Below, one piece after another: positions 48,244 through 60,438 of a DNA stretch of 64,000 nt. The position numbers and the translations under genes are program-made. Every line of letters begins with the position of its first letter. The first letter of the stretch is position 1. The notes beneath the pieces are model-generated. The model was not told the DNA's origin. It saw only the letters and a program-made list of their open reading frames with translations, and did no database searches. Source of the DNA: Marsupella aquatica. Its lineage: Eukaryota; Plantae; Marchantiophyta. The stretch covers positions 27,153,252 to 27,217,251 of the forward strand of contig OZ316893.1 of NCBI GenBank assembly GCA_973895155.1. The letters run 5' to 3'.

Positions 48244-51200
48244 TTACTACCTGTGATGTGGCAAGATAGGAACATAGTTGTTGGGGCAATTCACAAAAGA
48301 CATCATCCAATAAATGCAATTTCTTAGCAATAGAATGAAATGAAATCAATGAATTATTCTATGAAAACCATGGAGCTTGATAAGGCCTTAAACAGGCTGA
48401 CACAACTATGATATTATAGATTAGCTAAAAAAAAGTGATCAATTTGGAAGATGACCCCTTGTAGCATAATTTTCACAAAACATTATCTTTGCTTGAGAAC
48501 TCAATGCAGTCAAAATCATTGCACAAGGATAAAACCATAAAAGTAAACCCAAGTCCAACAAACTCTTGACTCGCACAAAGGTGGGGTTTAGGGTTTACCC
48601 TAAACCCATGAAATACATCCCGATGACAAGAACAGTGGCCAACTTGCTACTTGTCGACCCATTGAAACATTTTAGAGACGCAACAGACCCATGTAATCCT
48701 AATACAAAACAATGATTAGTATATCTCTGAATGAGCAAAGTTTAATTCCTAAATAAGTTGTATCTCTATTGGCTCTGGTGCAAGCTCTGGTGAGGTTCCT
48801 CCCAATCATTTATATACTTTTTCTCATTGATTCCATTGGGCATTAATTTCCCTCTACAAAGATTCATTCTCAATGTGTGTTTTTATTTCATTTGTGAACC
48901 CTAGTTGTTTGTAATTTCACTCTCCAAAGAGTGCTCCAAAAACTTCTTCCAACAAACACTAGCACAAATGTCACTATTAATGCCCAAAGAGTCATGACTT
49001 TGTGGTAGCTCACCTGAGTAGAGATTGATAGGTCTTTGGTTCAACTATTGAGGTTGACTCTTCCCTTTCTGTGAGGTTTCACAGATTTTCCCTGAAAAAT
49101 TAAAAAAAATAATATAAAAATATCACTGTTAATGTGAAACAAAGACTCCATTGATCTTCTAGCTTTTCTTCAAAAAGGCACTTGAGACTAACCGTAAATT
49201 GAACCATGTATTGTGCATGGACATATCTACAAGAACACAAGTAAAATCCTTCTATGCGTACTCAAAATCATTTAGAGTAGAAGACCATGACGCAATTGAG
49301 AATTACTGCACAAAAAACTCTCAAGTAGAACAATGGGACGCAATTGAGAACTAGTGCACAAAAAAATCTGAAGAGTCTTCCAAAATTGCATGATACATGA
49401 AATCTGCGCAGTCACATTATGAGATCCACATGAACAACAAAACACTATCATGGAAAAACACAACATTTGACTCCAAGCACAAGCAACACATTTTTTGTGA
49501 AGTAGAATAAAATTGTGTCCAATAAAACGGAGTGAACTGTTTGGCCTTAGAACCCTAGACGTGATCATAGAAAATAAACCTACAGTAGAATTAATGCTCA
49601 ATTGGGGTTGGAACTCCTGTTGGAAATTTCAAGACAGAAATACAAGGAGCATTTAACTCAAGATTTGTGCTAAACGCTAGCCTTGGTCTCTCAACTAAAG
49701 GTGAATCACATCTATATGATTGCTCAACTTGAGATCTGTAGAATTTATGGACTCATGCACTCAATTAAATAAGAAAGAGATATAGCAAAGAAGGCCGTGG
49801 GGACTACAAATGTAGCAAATCGAGAGGCTCATTCCAAGAAGGATATGACAGAGAAATGCAGTGCAGGCCATGGGGTCGTTTTGCTGCTGAGATTTGTCAT
49901 CCAAATATGCCTTGCTCACGACTACTCTGGCTTGTGTCTCTATCTCCAAAATTTCACCAATCAAACCAATAATTTCTTGTCTTCAGAACATACACTGGCA
50001 CTGAGCAACAGAACTCTGCATGAGGGAACGAAGTACAAAGGCCCAAAGTCTTGGCCCAGTTGAGAAAAGCGAGAAGGTGCCGGTGTATCCCGAGTGACCC
50101 TCGTGTGGAGTCGGTATACCCTGACCTCAAAACCTGCTTTAGGGGGGGTGTATGAGTAATGAAGATGGAACCCAAAGGTATTAAAAGGGTGGGATCGCCA
50201 AGCATGGGGAGTACAAAGGGGGTTTGGCATGCTCAAAGGCGAATGGAACACATCACTCATAAACCCAAACAAAAGGCCAATATCGTTTTCTGGGATTTTA
50301 TTGGGGGGAGACGCTAAGGTAGTACACTAGTACCCCCTTTCCAAAAACTGTAGATGATGAAAGCCCAAATGTGCGGACACTTCGTCCCCAAGAACTGCCG
50401 TCCCACCTTCACAATGATGACCACTTTGGCTCTCCATAAATGCGCTTCATAGCTTCATAGCGTGGACATAGAGTGCCCAATCATTTCAGTCTAGGCAGAG
50501 AACACGTGTTGGCTTTCTGAATGCGTCCTGTGATTCTTCCGAGGCTTTTTTGCGATTATCTGTTCGGGACTTCGGGGTGTGTACAGTGCTTGGCCCAAGA
50601 AAAATCGGGGGAGGGACTTGTTTGCGTTCCTGCTACTGTACTTCGTCAGACTATCCGTTTCCATTCTTCAGAATGATGCGATGCTCCTAGGTTCTAGCAC
50701 TTTTGCACTTCTCCTAAGCGCTCGAGATGGGTCGGGGCATGCGTGTCAATCTGTGCATGTGCTGCATTGTTTCTGCCTCCGCTTTCGACTCACCCACGTG
50801 TGCTTGATTTGATTTGGTTTCGATTCAAATCATCGACGGACTTCCTGTAGTTGGCGGAGTGAGGTCAGCGAGGGAGCGAAATCATGTGACAGGCTTGGCT
50901 TCGACTGGGAACACAAGCACTCTAGCAGCGGGTGACTGGACAAAGAGAGAGTGTTTGAACACGGGAAGACAGAAAGATCCTAGAAACGGCGTTGCAAGGG
51001 AGCTGGTAGTGTGGGAGTGATTTATCAGACGGGTTGAATTCGAATGCGGAAAAAAAGGAGCAGCGAGGCCGCACCGCTAGCAATTACGGCGGGACTGTGT
51101 CCTAGACACGTTGGAGAAAACTGTACCTCACTTTGAGGTCAGGGAATACAGGGAATTATTGAGATTTGTGGGCACGAAGGTCAGACTTGGTGATGTGTTG

Positions 51201-51436
51201 TTGCGAATCTAGCTAGGGTCAGGGATACTGAGCAAATTTGGAGTGGAAAGAGGAGAGGGAAGTTTACTGACCCTAAACCTGCCGCCGTCATAGAACCTTT
51301 GCTTGCTTTTCCAGCTAGAGGGGCAATGGTAGCTTCTGTCCAAATCTAAAATTGCTTGGAATTGAATCCAAGCAAGAGGACAACAGGACGGAGAGGAGGA
51401 GCAGAAGAGCGTGTGGTATCGAGGAGAGCAGTAGCC

Positions 51437-54400
51437 ATGGTGTTGGCAGCCCAATTTCGGGCGGCTCAATGTGGGCACGGAGGAGTAGCAGCAGAATTTG
51501 TAGCAGCTGTGCCCTCCAATTCTTCTTTTTCCTCCTGTGTGTCCCCCAAACGATTCCATGGCGGCAGGGCGCAATATCCATCTGCGCGAATATTATCCAC
51601 CTGCCATGATGGTAATCACGCATTGCAACTCATATGAATTTTGTCGTAGTAGGGCACACAAATGCTTGCATGCGTTTTATTGAATATTCTTTGCTTTTCC
51701 CAGGTTGAAGTCTCCTGAGCATTCTGGAAATCTTAGGCCTGAGTCAAAACTCATGACTGGAATTTTGTATGTCGATAGTGTTGTCCAGGTCGTGCAGGCC
51801 CATCAATCGCTTGAAAGCTCTCTGTATGAGGGAAACTGGGAGCGACGAAGGTAGAGTTTCAGGTATGTAGGAGTTTACAGATTGACTACAACTTCTCGGC
51901 ACAAGCGTTTTCGAGAAGAATCCTTCAATACGTTGAAATGATTTTAGAGATCGTAGCAAAGCATCATTTACGTAAATAGGACCTCTGTGAAAGATGGAAG
52001 TTCGGAAATAATAATTTAAATCCTCTGCATCCATATATTAACCACATGAAAGGTAGTTGCCTATTCGATTTCAGTTTCAACCGAGGATGACAGAAATGTG
52101 AAAGATGAAGAGGCGGTATCACAGCTTAATGGACGCAGTGGAGGCTTGATGCATGACCCGCAAGAGAACACCAAGGCGGATAGCTATTTAGACTTTGGAC
52201 ACGACGAGAATGAGTCTTCGCAAAATGTAGAAAACTCCAGTAACGGGGGGATTGTTGTCGAGGAAACATTATCACAGCTTGAAGAGACATTAGGTGCCGC
52301 CGTGGCGGAGGCAACAGTAAAGGTCGTAGAGGTTGCAAGCTCAAGTATTGAAGTTGTTGCTGAGACAGTGGACGTGGCAGCACGAACCGTCTCTAATGTT
52401 GGTGAGATTGAACCTCCATTACTGACTGAAGAACAGTCTGTCGTGGATAAAGCTGCTGCCCTGAAGACAGTGGCTTTTTGGGTAAGCACATGAGCGAAAG
52501 GATACTCATCACAGCTGACAAAAACGTTTTACATGTGATGCTCCCAAAATTTCAAGCTTAAGATTGTGATAATCAGGTGAAATTTGAATTTTAAAGGTGT
52601 CAATGTGGAGGAATGAAAGTTCAAGTCTGACAATGTCACTGTGGAGTATTTAACCGTACCCTCTTTCTTGTCAATTCCAAAATGTGCCCCTGGAATAATT
52701 AAATTAAGTTCTCTAAAGTCCGTATTGTTGCCATGTTTCAAGGCGTTCTTGTGTCACCACAGTAAAAAACCAAACTGGGACCCTGTCCAAGGCATGATAG
52801 ACTTATTTTCTCTAAAAGATTTGAACTCTAACCAGTGGCACCGTCGACGGCTTCAAGTCTGAGAACGAAATGGCGTTTAAACAAATGAAAGCATGGCACT
52901 TCCGGAGATTTTCCTGGAAGGCTGATCACTGAAAACTCCAAAATTTGAGAACTCATTTCTCCCTTCATGGGTGTAGGTAGGTGCAGCTGTGACATTTGGA
53001 GGTCTGGTGGGATTTAGAGAAGGGACTGGCAAGGCATCTGAATTTTTCGCTGGGTAAGTTCGATCCTCATCGTTTTCTCGTCCAATTCTCGTCTAGTTTA
53101 CGTTCAGAACCGTTGAAAGTGCTTTATGAAGCATTGATTTTTGCCTTTGACAGTCTTTGTTGATGTGGAGTTGTTTTAATTGCAGATATCTCCTTGAGCA
53201 AAGTTTATCGGTAGACAATCTGTTTGTTTTCGTACTTATCTTCAACTACTTCAAAGTCCCTTCTCCATACCAGGTTTTATCTTCTTTCCCTTTCCCAACG
53301 ACTTTTGGAAGAGAACTTTGCAATTGTCCATAAGTGTTACCCTGTTGACACTTCAAAGTTTTTAGTCGAGTGCGACGGAGACAATCTTAATTTTTTTACT
53401 GCATACACATTAAAGCGAGCTGAATGCTCTGGCTGATTTGTAAAATATACGCAGAGTCGAGTGCTTACATACGGAATCGCTGGAGCAGTTGTGTTCCGGG
53501 CTGTGATGATTGGCCTTGGTATTGCATCCCTCCAGGTGTGTCTCATTTCTCTCAAACTTGGAAAACGCGTGTCTTTTTGGTCTCTTGGTAGTAAGCCTAT
53601 TCGTTTCAAAAGTTGTCTTGGCATTCGTCTGTTAAACCTTGCCGTGAGAGAGTGTCTGGAAAGCCTTTTCACAGTTAGCTTCTTAATTATTATGCAACGA
53701 GGGTATCTCAAGGGTATACTCTTTTCTTGCACCGGTTCTGTGTCGTTCCCAGTTGTCAATTTGAGGATGGCATCTGACCGATTTTCTCCTTACCCTTTTG
53801 TCTTGTTGCAGAAATTCGAAGGGTTAAATCTAATCTTTGCAGCTATCTTAGTTTTTTCATCGTTTAAGGTAAAATTTCCTTTTTCTCACAAACATATAGC
53901 CACCTAGTTTAAGTGTCAGCTCGATCTTTACATAAATCTTTGGAAGGGTAGCATATTCACTTGAAAAACATCAGCCACAGAAATCGTCGTTGGTCCGTCT
54001 TCTTCATTTTCTCGAGGTTCATTTAAGCAGACAAGAGAAGTGACTGGGACTGAATAGTCCTTTGACATAGCTGTCACATTTTGTTTTAAGAGTATGTCAC
54101 CTAATTTGGTAATTCAAGGTCTGCTGAGGATGTGGGAAGCAATAGATGACCCGCGTACAGACACCCTCGTGGATAATCAAAAAGAATTTTGTGAGCAAAC
54201 TATTATATACAACTGAATTGGACGACTAATAATACTAGTGGGCTGTGGTTTTCTCTGCAGCTTGTTTCTGGAGATGGTGATGGAGAAGAGGATCTGTCAG
54301 ACAACTTTATTGTCAACCTGTGTCGAAAATTCATTCCAGTGACCTGTAAATTATTTTGACCGTCTTATTGAATTCGTGATGTCTAAAGTTCAAACAGAAA

Positions 54401-57123
54401 TTCTCCCAGCGGGACTCAAAGTTTGGTACATCTATTTTGCGCATGCTTATGTCTCTTTAGTATAGACTTCTAGACAACCAATCAATTAAACTTATCGGAA
54501 ATCTTGTGGTAGTCCCCTTGCTTTGCTTCAAATGGGGGGTCTGTGTGCATTATATGGAAGCATTGTACGTATGAAGAAGTTAATGATACGGTTAAAGGTA
54601 CCCTGAAGGTGTTAATGTAATGGAGAGCCTGTTTATGTGTCTTGCAGCAACTTATGATGGTAGTAATTTCCTGACAACTGTTGGTGGTGTGAAAAAGGTG
54701 AGCCTCCAAAGTTTTGAGGTTTTGGGGGTTTTCTAATGTGGACAGTTTTTCATCCAGTTTTACCAACAACGTGAGCAGCAAATAGGAATCTTATGCCAGA
54801 TTTCTTTATTTCCGTTGAGTGATAAATTTATGGATCCTTCTGACACTCTAAATCAGCTTACTGTTTGTGTTTTGTGGGATATCTTAGAACTAGGTCTCTA
54901 TTAGTTTATGCAAATGATTTAGCTAGCAAACTATCGCACAAATTTGACGAAGATTGGTCCCGTTTTCCAGGCAACACCGTTGCTCCTCACTCTTGTCGTC
55001 GTTGAACTCAGTGACATTGCATTTGCGGTAAAAAACTCTCACCCTCTCTTATGGGATTTGTTCCCTTGGGGACCTCTTCCCTGCACCTCTTCTATTCCCG
55101 TAGTGGTCATAAATGAGTATTTCAAGTCCACCAGAGAGAAGAAAAAACCCCAAAAGTTGGAGCTGCTCTTGTTTCCGAAATGGAAAGTAACTGTAGAGAT
55201 TGTTTTTTTTTTGTTTTCGGTTTTCAAACGGTTCTGGTTTTGGGGGGACCGTGATGGGCGTTTCACACTTGGCTCAGCTTTCAGGCCGGGTTGATTCTGT
55301 TTGTCAGTGCTAGAAAGCAGCTACGATCAGTGAAACTAGTGGATTTATAGGAAATTGCCACAATTCAGGTTTTCTTTTCTGACATGCAAATTCTCAGGCG
55401 TCTTTAGTACACATGTCATTGCAATTTGGGAAAAAAGTTGGCTTGGTATGGAGACTATCTGAAAAGTTTGGTGACATTGGCAATGCCACTTCTCTCCACT
55501 TTAATGAAGAATTTAAACTTTCATGCTGCACTTGTTTGTTTCAGGTGGATTCCATTCCTGCTGTTTTCGGAGTGACCAGGGATCCTTTGATTGTGTACTC
55601 TTCAAATATTTTTGCTATTCTCGGTAAGCCAGGATCACTTTCGAATGAATATCAGATTGTTTCCTCGCATGATCATAGCTTTTTCTATCTGAATAGAGAG
55701 GAATGATTCACTGCACCTGTGTTTGCCCTTTTTTGTGCAGGTCTTAGGTCTCTATACACATTAATTTCTGGGAATATGGGTGAGCTCGAGTATTTGCAGG
55801 TATTTAATAGTTCTTGTACATGTGCTCTCTGCCTTGTCATATATGGTTTATCTTGGACTCTGTTAAAAATGAGATTGGATTTCATGTATATACAATTTCT
55901 GGTGAATATTGTTCTGCCGCAGTGATAAAGTGCTTTGTGAAGAAAAGTGCTAGAGTCTGTGTCGTGCTCAAGAACATTACACTAAACTTGGGCTGAGATG
56001 TTCGGTCATAGCGTAAACAGTCTCGAATGTAAATATAAACAGTATTCTACATTTAGAAGAATAATGCTCATAAGCAGTATGGCTTTGTCGGCACTTGGTT
56101 TTGGTGATTACAATAAGTTCTTGGGTAATGAAATGCATTTGAATTCTTGATTTGTTAGCCAAATGTAATTGTCGCCTCTACAGTTTTAGATCAATTCCAA
56201 CGCCGTTTGTCGTCTATGTGGTCTAGTTACAGTGAAATTTCACCACCATATTGTGTTTGATGGAAGCTTCCCTTTCAATATCAACTCCAGAAATTTTATG
56301 GATAGCAGTGAAAGGAAAAATCCGGCGGGGTAGGAATGAATGCCTTCACAAGTCGCATAGTTCGTGATATGTGTCTTTCTTTTCCCAAGCCATTCTGTAA
56401 TTCACACATGTTTTAAAGTGTCCAACTTTGAAACATGGAGCGTTAGAATTGGCCTCATGTTGCAATGAGCTGTACTTAGAGTTGAGTTCAATCTCTACTT
56501 GTCGAAGGATGGATTGTCACGCTGGAACAGAAAAATACTTGAAAAAGGCTGTACGTCGTTGGAAACTAACGGCCGTTTATTTACATGTTGGAATGGAACA
56601 GCCATCTGTAGGTATCGTATTGGGCTTCATTGGCGCTAAAATGATTGGAGAATTTTTCGGTAAGGAATACTTTTCTGTTATTGAGGTTTATGAGCTTAGT
56701 CTTCGAAGAAATTTAAGCAGACGAGCATGTTCTCAGGCTATGCTAATGGTACATATGATCAGATAAGGATCTTGTAGAATGCGAGAAGTTGAGGTCTATC
56801 CTTAGGATGGAGGTCAATTGTCAATTGTCAGTTTTTAAGTCTTTTTGTTCTTTAGTGTCTCTGTGTCACAACCTGGAGCACAAGCCAGGATATGATTTTC
56901 TAGCTCTCATTTAAGAGACCTACTAGTTTTGCGTTGAGATACATCCATTGTTCTTGTATGCTTATTCTTCCATTTGCAATACTCATGACAGATTTTTGTT
57001 GTGTGTGTGCAATGGACAGGTTTTCATGTACCAACCGAGGTTTCATTAGGTGTGGTAGCTGTAGTCCTTGGTACTGGTGTAGGTTTGAGTCTTTTGCAAC
57101 GGTCCAAGAACAGGAAAGACTAA
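51437..57123 (+). CDS. TERC: Thylakoid membrane protein TerC; about 14 exons (51437-51611, 51779-51862, 52075-52481, 52977-53053, 53186-53273, 53455-53535, 53812-53868, 54261-54345, 54648-54697, 54971-55027, 55545-55623, 55741-55799, 56602-56659, 57020-57123)
   Basis: The spliced product contains the TerC motifs [63 protein letters not shown] and [13 protein letters not shown]. The first two (transit peptide) exons are less certain. Confidence 0.92.
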
Positions 57124-58265
57124 AGAATATTAGAACTATACTAGTGGTCTTTCCCATTGGGGTGACAAAGCACCATAACACCTTCAACCATGGGGACAAG
57201 AAGCAGACCTTGTATAGTAACTCCAAATACGGACTCATCACAGGTCCAGCGCATCCCTTTTGGTAGTTGATTTGTTCCCCTCGTGATCCATATCTTAGTT
57301 TAGAAGGATTTATGTGCAACAGATGATGGATTGATCGGATGAGAAAGTGAGACACTGGAGGTGTTGCCTTGCTATTCACACTGTGCAGCTACCAGCTTCA
57401 GGTGGTATTTTGCAGGCTTGTGTATACATATCAGTCCTATCAGATTGCAATAATTCAGTGCACTGTACGACGTTTCCGGAAGTTAATATGGGAGTTGCAC
57501 TCGCAAGAAATCTAGCTCCAAGCAGCTTTGTCTTTTGCTTTGGAAGTAAGGAGAACTTTTCAGTTTACATCTGTTTTGGTCGAGGCTGTTGATCTTGAAA
57601 TTCAAATGTATAAGTGAGTGAAGTAGAGTTTCATGTAGTAGGAGAATCTATACAACTTTTTCACGGATCTTGAGTCCCTTTTCCCTCATCGTGTCTAGGG
57701 CCTAGGCTATTATGTCTTGCTTACTCTTTCCCCCTTTGCCTTCTATCCAGATGCTTTGAATTAACATTTGATTTCTCAATATCCAGTTCCATTTGGCTCG
57801 TTTTGCAATTAGTTTGGGGTATTGGCAAATAGAACATCACATATCGCAAATAGAAGGTCGCGCAATGCTTCAGCTTTCATTTGTCCTGAGTTAGAGGATG
57901 AAAATAAATTTCATCCCAAATTGATGTATAAACTATCTGTTCATGAAGAGCTCGACATTTTCATCTTGTCTCCATTTGCAATTATACCAATTGGCATCCA
58001 TTTGATGCCGTAATTGCCTCCTTCCCTTTGCCCTTCAGTTGAGATGCTTTGAGTTGGCAGTTGGTCCCCTAATGCAATTCCTTTTGGCTCCTTAGTCCTG
58101 GTGATTCCTGTTGATTCCTTTTTGAGTCGTTTTGGAACTAGCCCTTGTGATGTGGGTGTGTTGGTCCAGGTGTTCCAAAAATGGAAACATACCAGTAGGT
58201 TTGTCACTACTGGTTGTATCTTGTGGCTTCATTCGTCAACTCTTTATCCATTCATTAGCCTGATG

Positions 58266-59260
58266 CCTGTGCGTTGCACAAAAGATATTGAGATGAGGAA
58301 AAAATGTTGAGATGAAAAAAGATGTTGATGAGAGAAAAAAATATAGAGGTGAGAAAAAGTGTTGAGATCAAAAAAGTTGTCGATGAGAAAAAAAAATGTT
58401 GAGGTAAGTGTTGAGATCAAAAAATGTCAAGATGAGAAAAAGATGGTGATATAAGAAAAAGATAAGTCATCAAGGTGAAAAAATGATGTCAAGGTGAGGA
58501 AAAGGTGTAGAGATGTTAAAAGATGTCAAGGTGAGAAAAAGAAATAAAGGTGAGAAAAAGAAGTCAAGACGAGGAAAAGATGTTGAGGAAAGAAAAAAAT
58601 GTCAAGGGTGAAGAAAAAATGTAGTGGTGAGAAAAAGACATCAAGGTGAGAAAGAAATGATGATATTAAAAAAATGTTGAGGTGAGGAAAAGATGTCAAG
58701 GTGAGAAAAGGTCTCGAGGAGAGAAGAAGATGTCGAGGGGAAAAAAAATATCAAGTGAGGAAAAATGTCATGTTGAGGTAAATTGTTAAGTATTTACTCA
58801 AGGTCTAGGGTTACGATATGTAACCATAGTTAGGCTAACCATAGTCAAGGACATGGTTAGGTTAACTAGGATGCACACTATATGTCAAATGATGTTTGCT
58901 TGGATAAATGGAACTAAGACTCATTGTTACAAAGTCACTTGAGAGGTGAAGAGAACTTACACTTTGGAGATTTGGTATGGCTGATTAACTTAGAGTTCAG
59001 TAAAATTCTCTTGTGTGTTCATGTGGAAGTAGTTTCGAGAAAGTGAACCATATATTTTTTGTATTGAGTACTTGCGTGTTGGATGCGTCATGTGCTTACC
59101 GTTTCGATTGTCGTCTATGTTCAACATAAAGATGTGAATGTGAGAAAAAGATGGAAAAATGAGAAGAAAATGTCAAGGCAAGGAAAAGATGCTTACGAAC
59201 AATAAACATGTGAAGATGAGAAAATTAAAGATGCTAAGGTGAGGCATATAAAAGAGTTTT
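58266..59260. repeat. GAGGTGAGAAAAAGATGT minisatellite interrupted by a copy of the 16-kb dispersed repeat (about 58790-59130)
   Basis: Same unit and head sequence as 10579-10945. The array resumes after about 59130. Confidence 0.75.
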
Positions 59261-60438
59261 GCCATGTAGTTGTCGAGGTATGTTGTGTGCGATCTGACCA
59301 TATAGTTGTTGTGGCAGTGTTTGTTGTGGTTGTGTTCTGTAACTCGTGTTGCACATAAAAATTGGAGACGTAAGATAATGGCCACCGCTCATAGAGTCTA
59401 ACCGAGTGACAGGAAAAAATATGTTTTCTTTAAGTTTTAAATTTTCAAAGAAAATTCTATTAAAAAAATATCAGAGTTTTTCCCCCATTTTTCTAAATAT
59501 AAATACAGTTGACTATTTAAAATTAAGTTTGCATCTTGGGCAGGCTAAAATTGTAGCTTGGGTACATATTTATTTTAAATGGTGTGTATGGATAGATCTT
59601 ACATATAAAAAATAATGTTTTGATAAAAGTCTAAGATCGATTCACATTTTTTATGAGTTTGGAAAAGAACAATCTTTTTGGTGGGATAGGGTATTATATG
59701 GGAGACACTCCTTCCCCCCTTTCATTACCTCAAAGATACATTGAAAGGAAAATCAAATTCTAGCTTTTAGAGAAAGAATAAAAAACAAAACTATAGAAAT
59801 TCTCTTTCCATTGGTAAATATATTGTTCAAAATTATATACACCCATTTTATTTGGAGAGTATTACTAAATATACATCTACTTCTTTCCAATAATAGAAAC
59901 GCCTTTAGCATGTAATGATTGAGTACCCTATTCAATATTCATTTGTGACAAACATATTCTGATGTTCCTTAACTTGTACAAGCTAGGTGCTCACTCCCAA
60001 TTATTATCAGCTGGGTACCATTTAGGTACCTTATTGTCTTGTTTCCTTTGGATACACTCATTTATAACTCAAAGGTGTGAATACATAAATAAATTAAAAC
60101 ATAAATCCAATGGTAAGCCACCAAATCTCATTTTGTAAACATACTTTTGTTGTTCATTTATTCATCACGTTCCAGGAGAGCCTGACCATGACAACTTTGG
60201 CAGTTAAAAAATGTACTTTATACGGGGGATGGAGTTCCCAATTATTCAGGCTAGAGTACAGTGTCTGCGCCCATGGGCCTTGCTGTGATCCATTTTGATC
60301 TCTGCACTCTTTTGGCCCTTGCTTTTCAGGGGAAGATAAGACGGTGGGGCACCCACAAAAGTCCAGCCCTGTCTCTTTGCCGTTTGGAGGACAGGACATC
60401 GTTGTAATGAAGTTGAAGTAGAAGTAGAAGTGTGGAGA

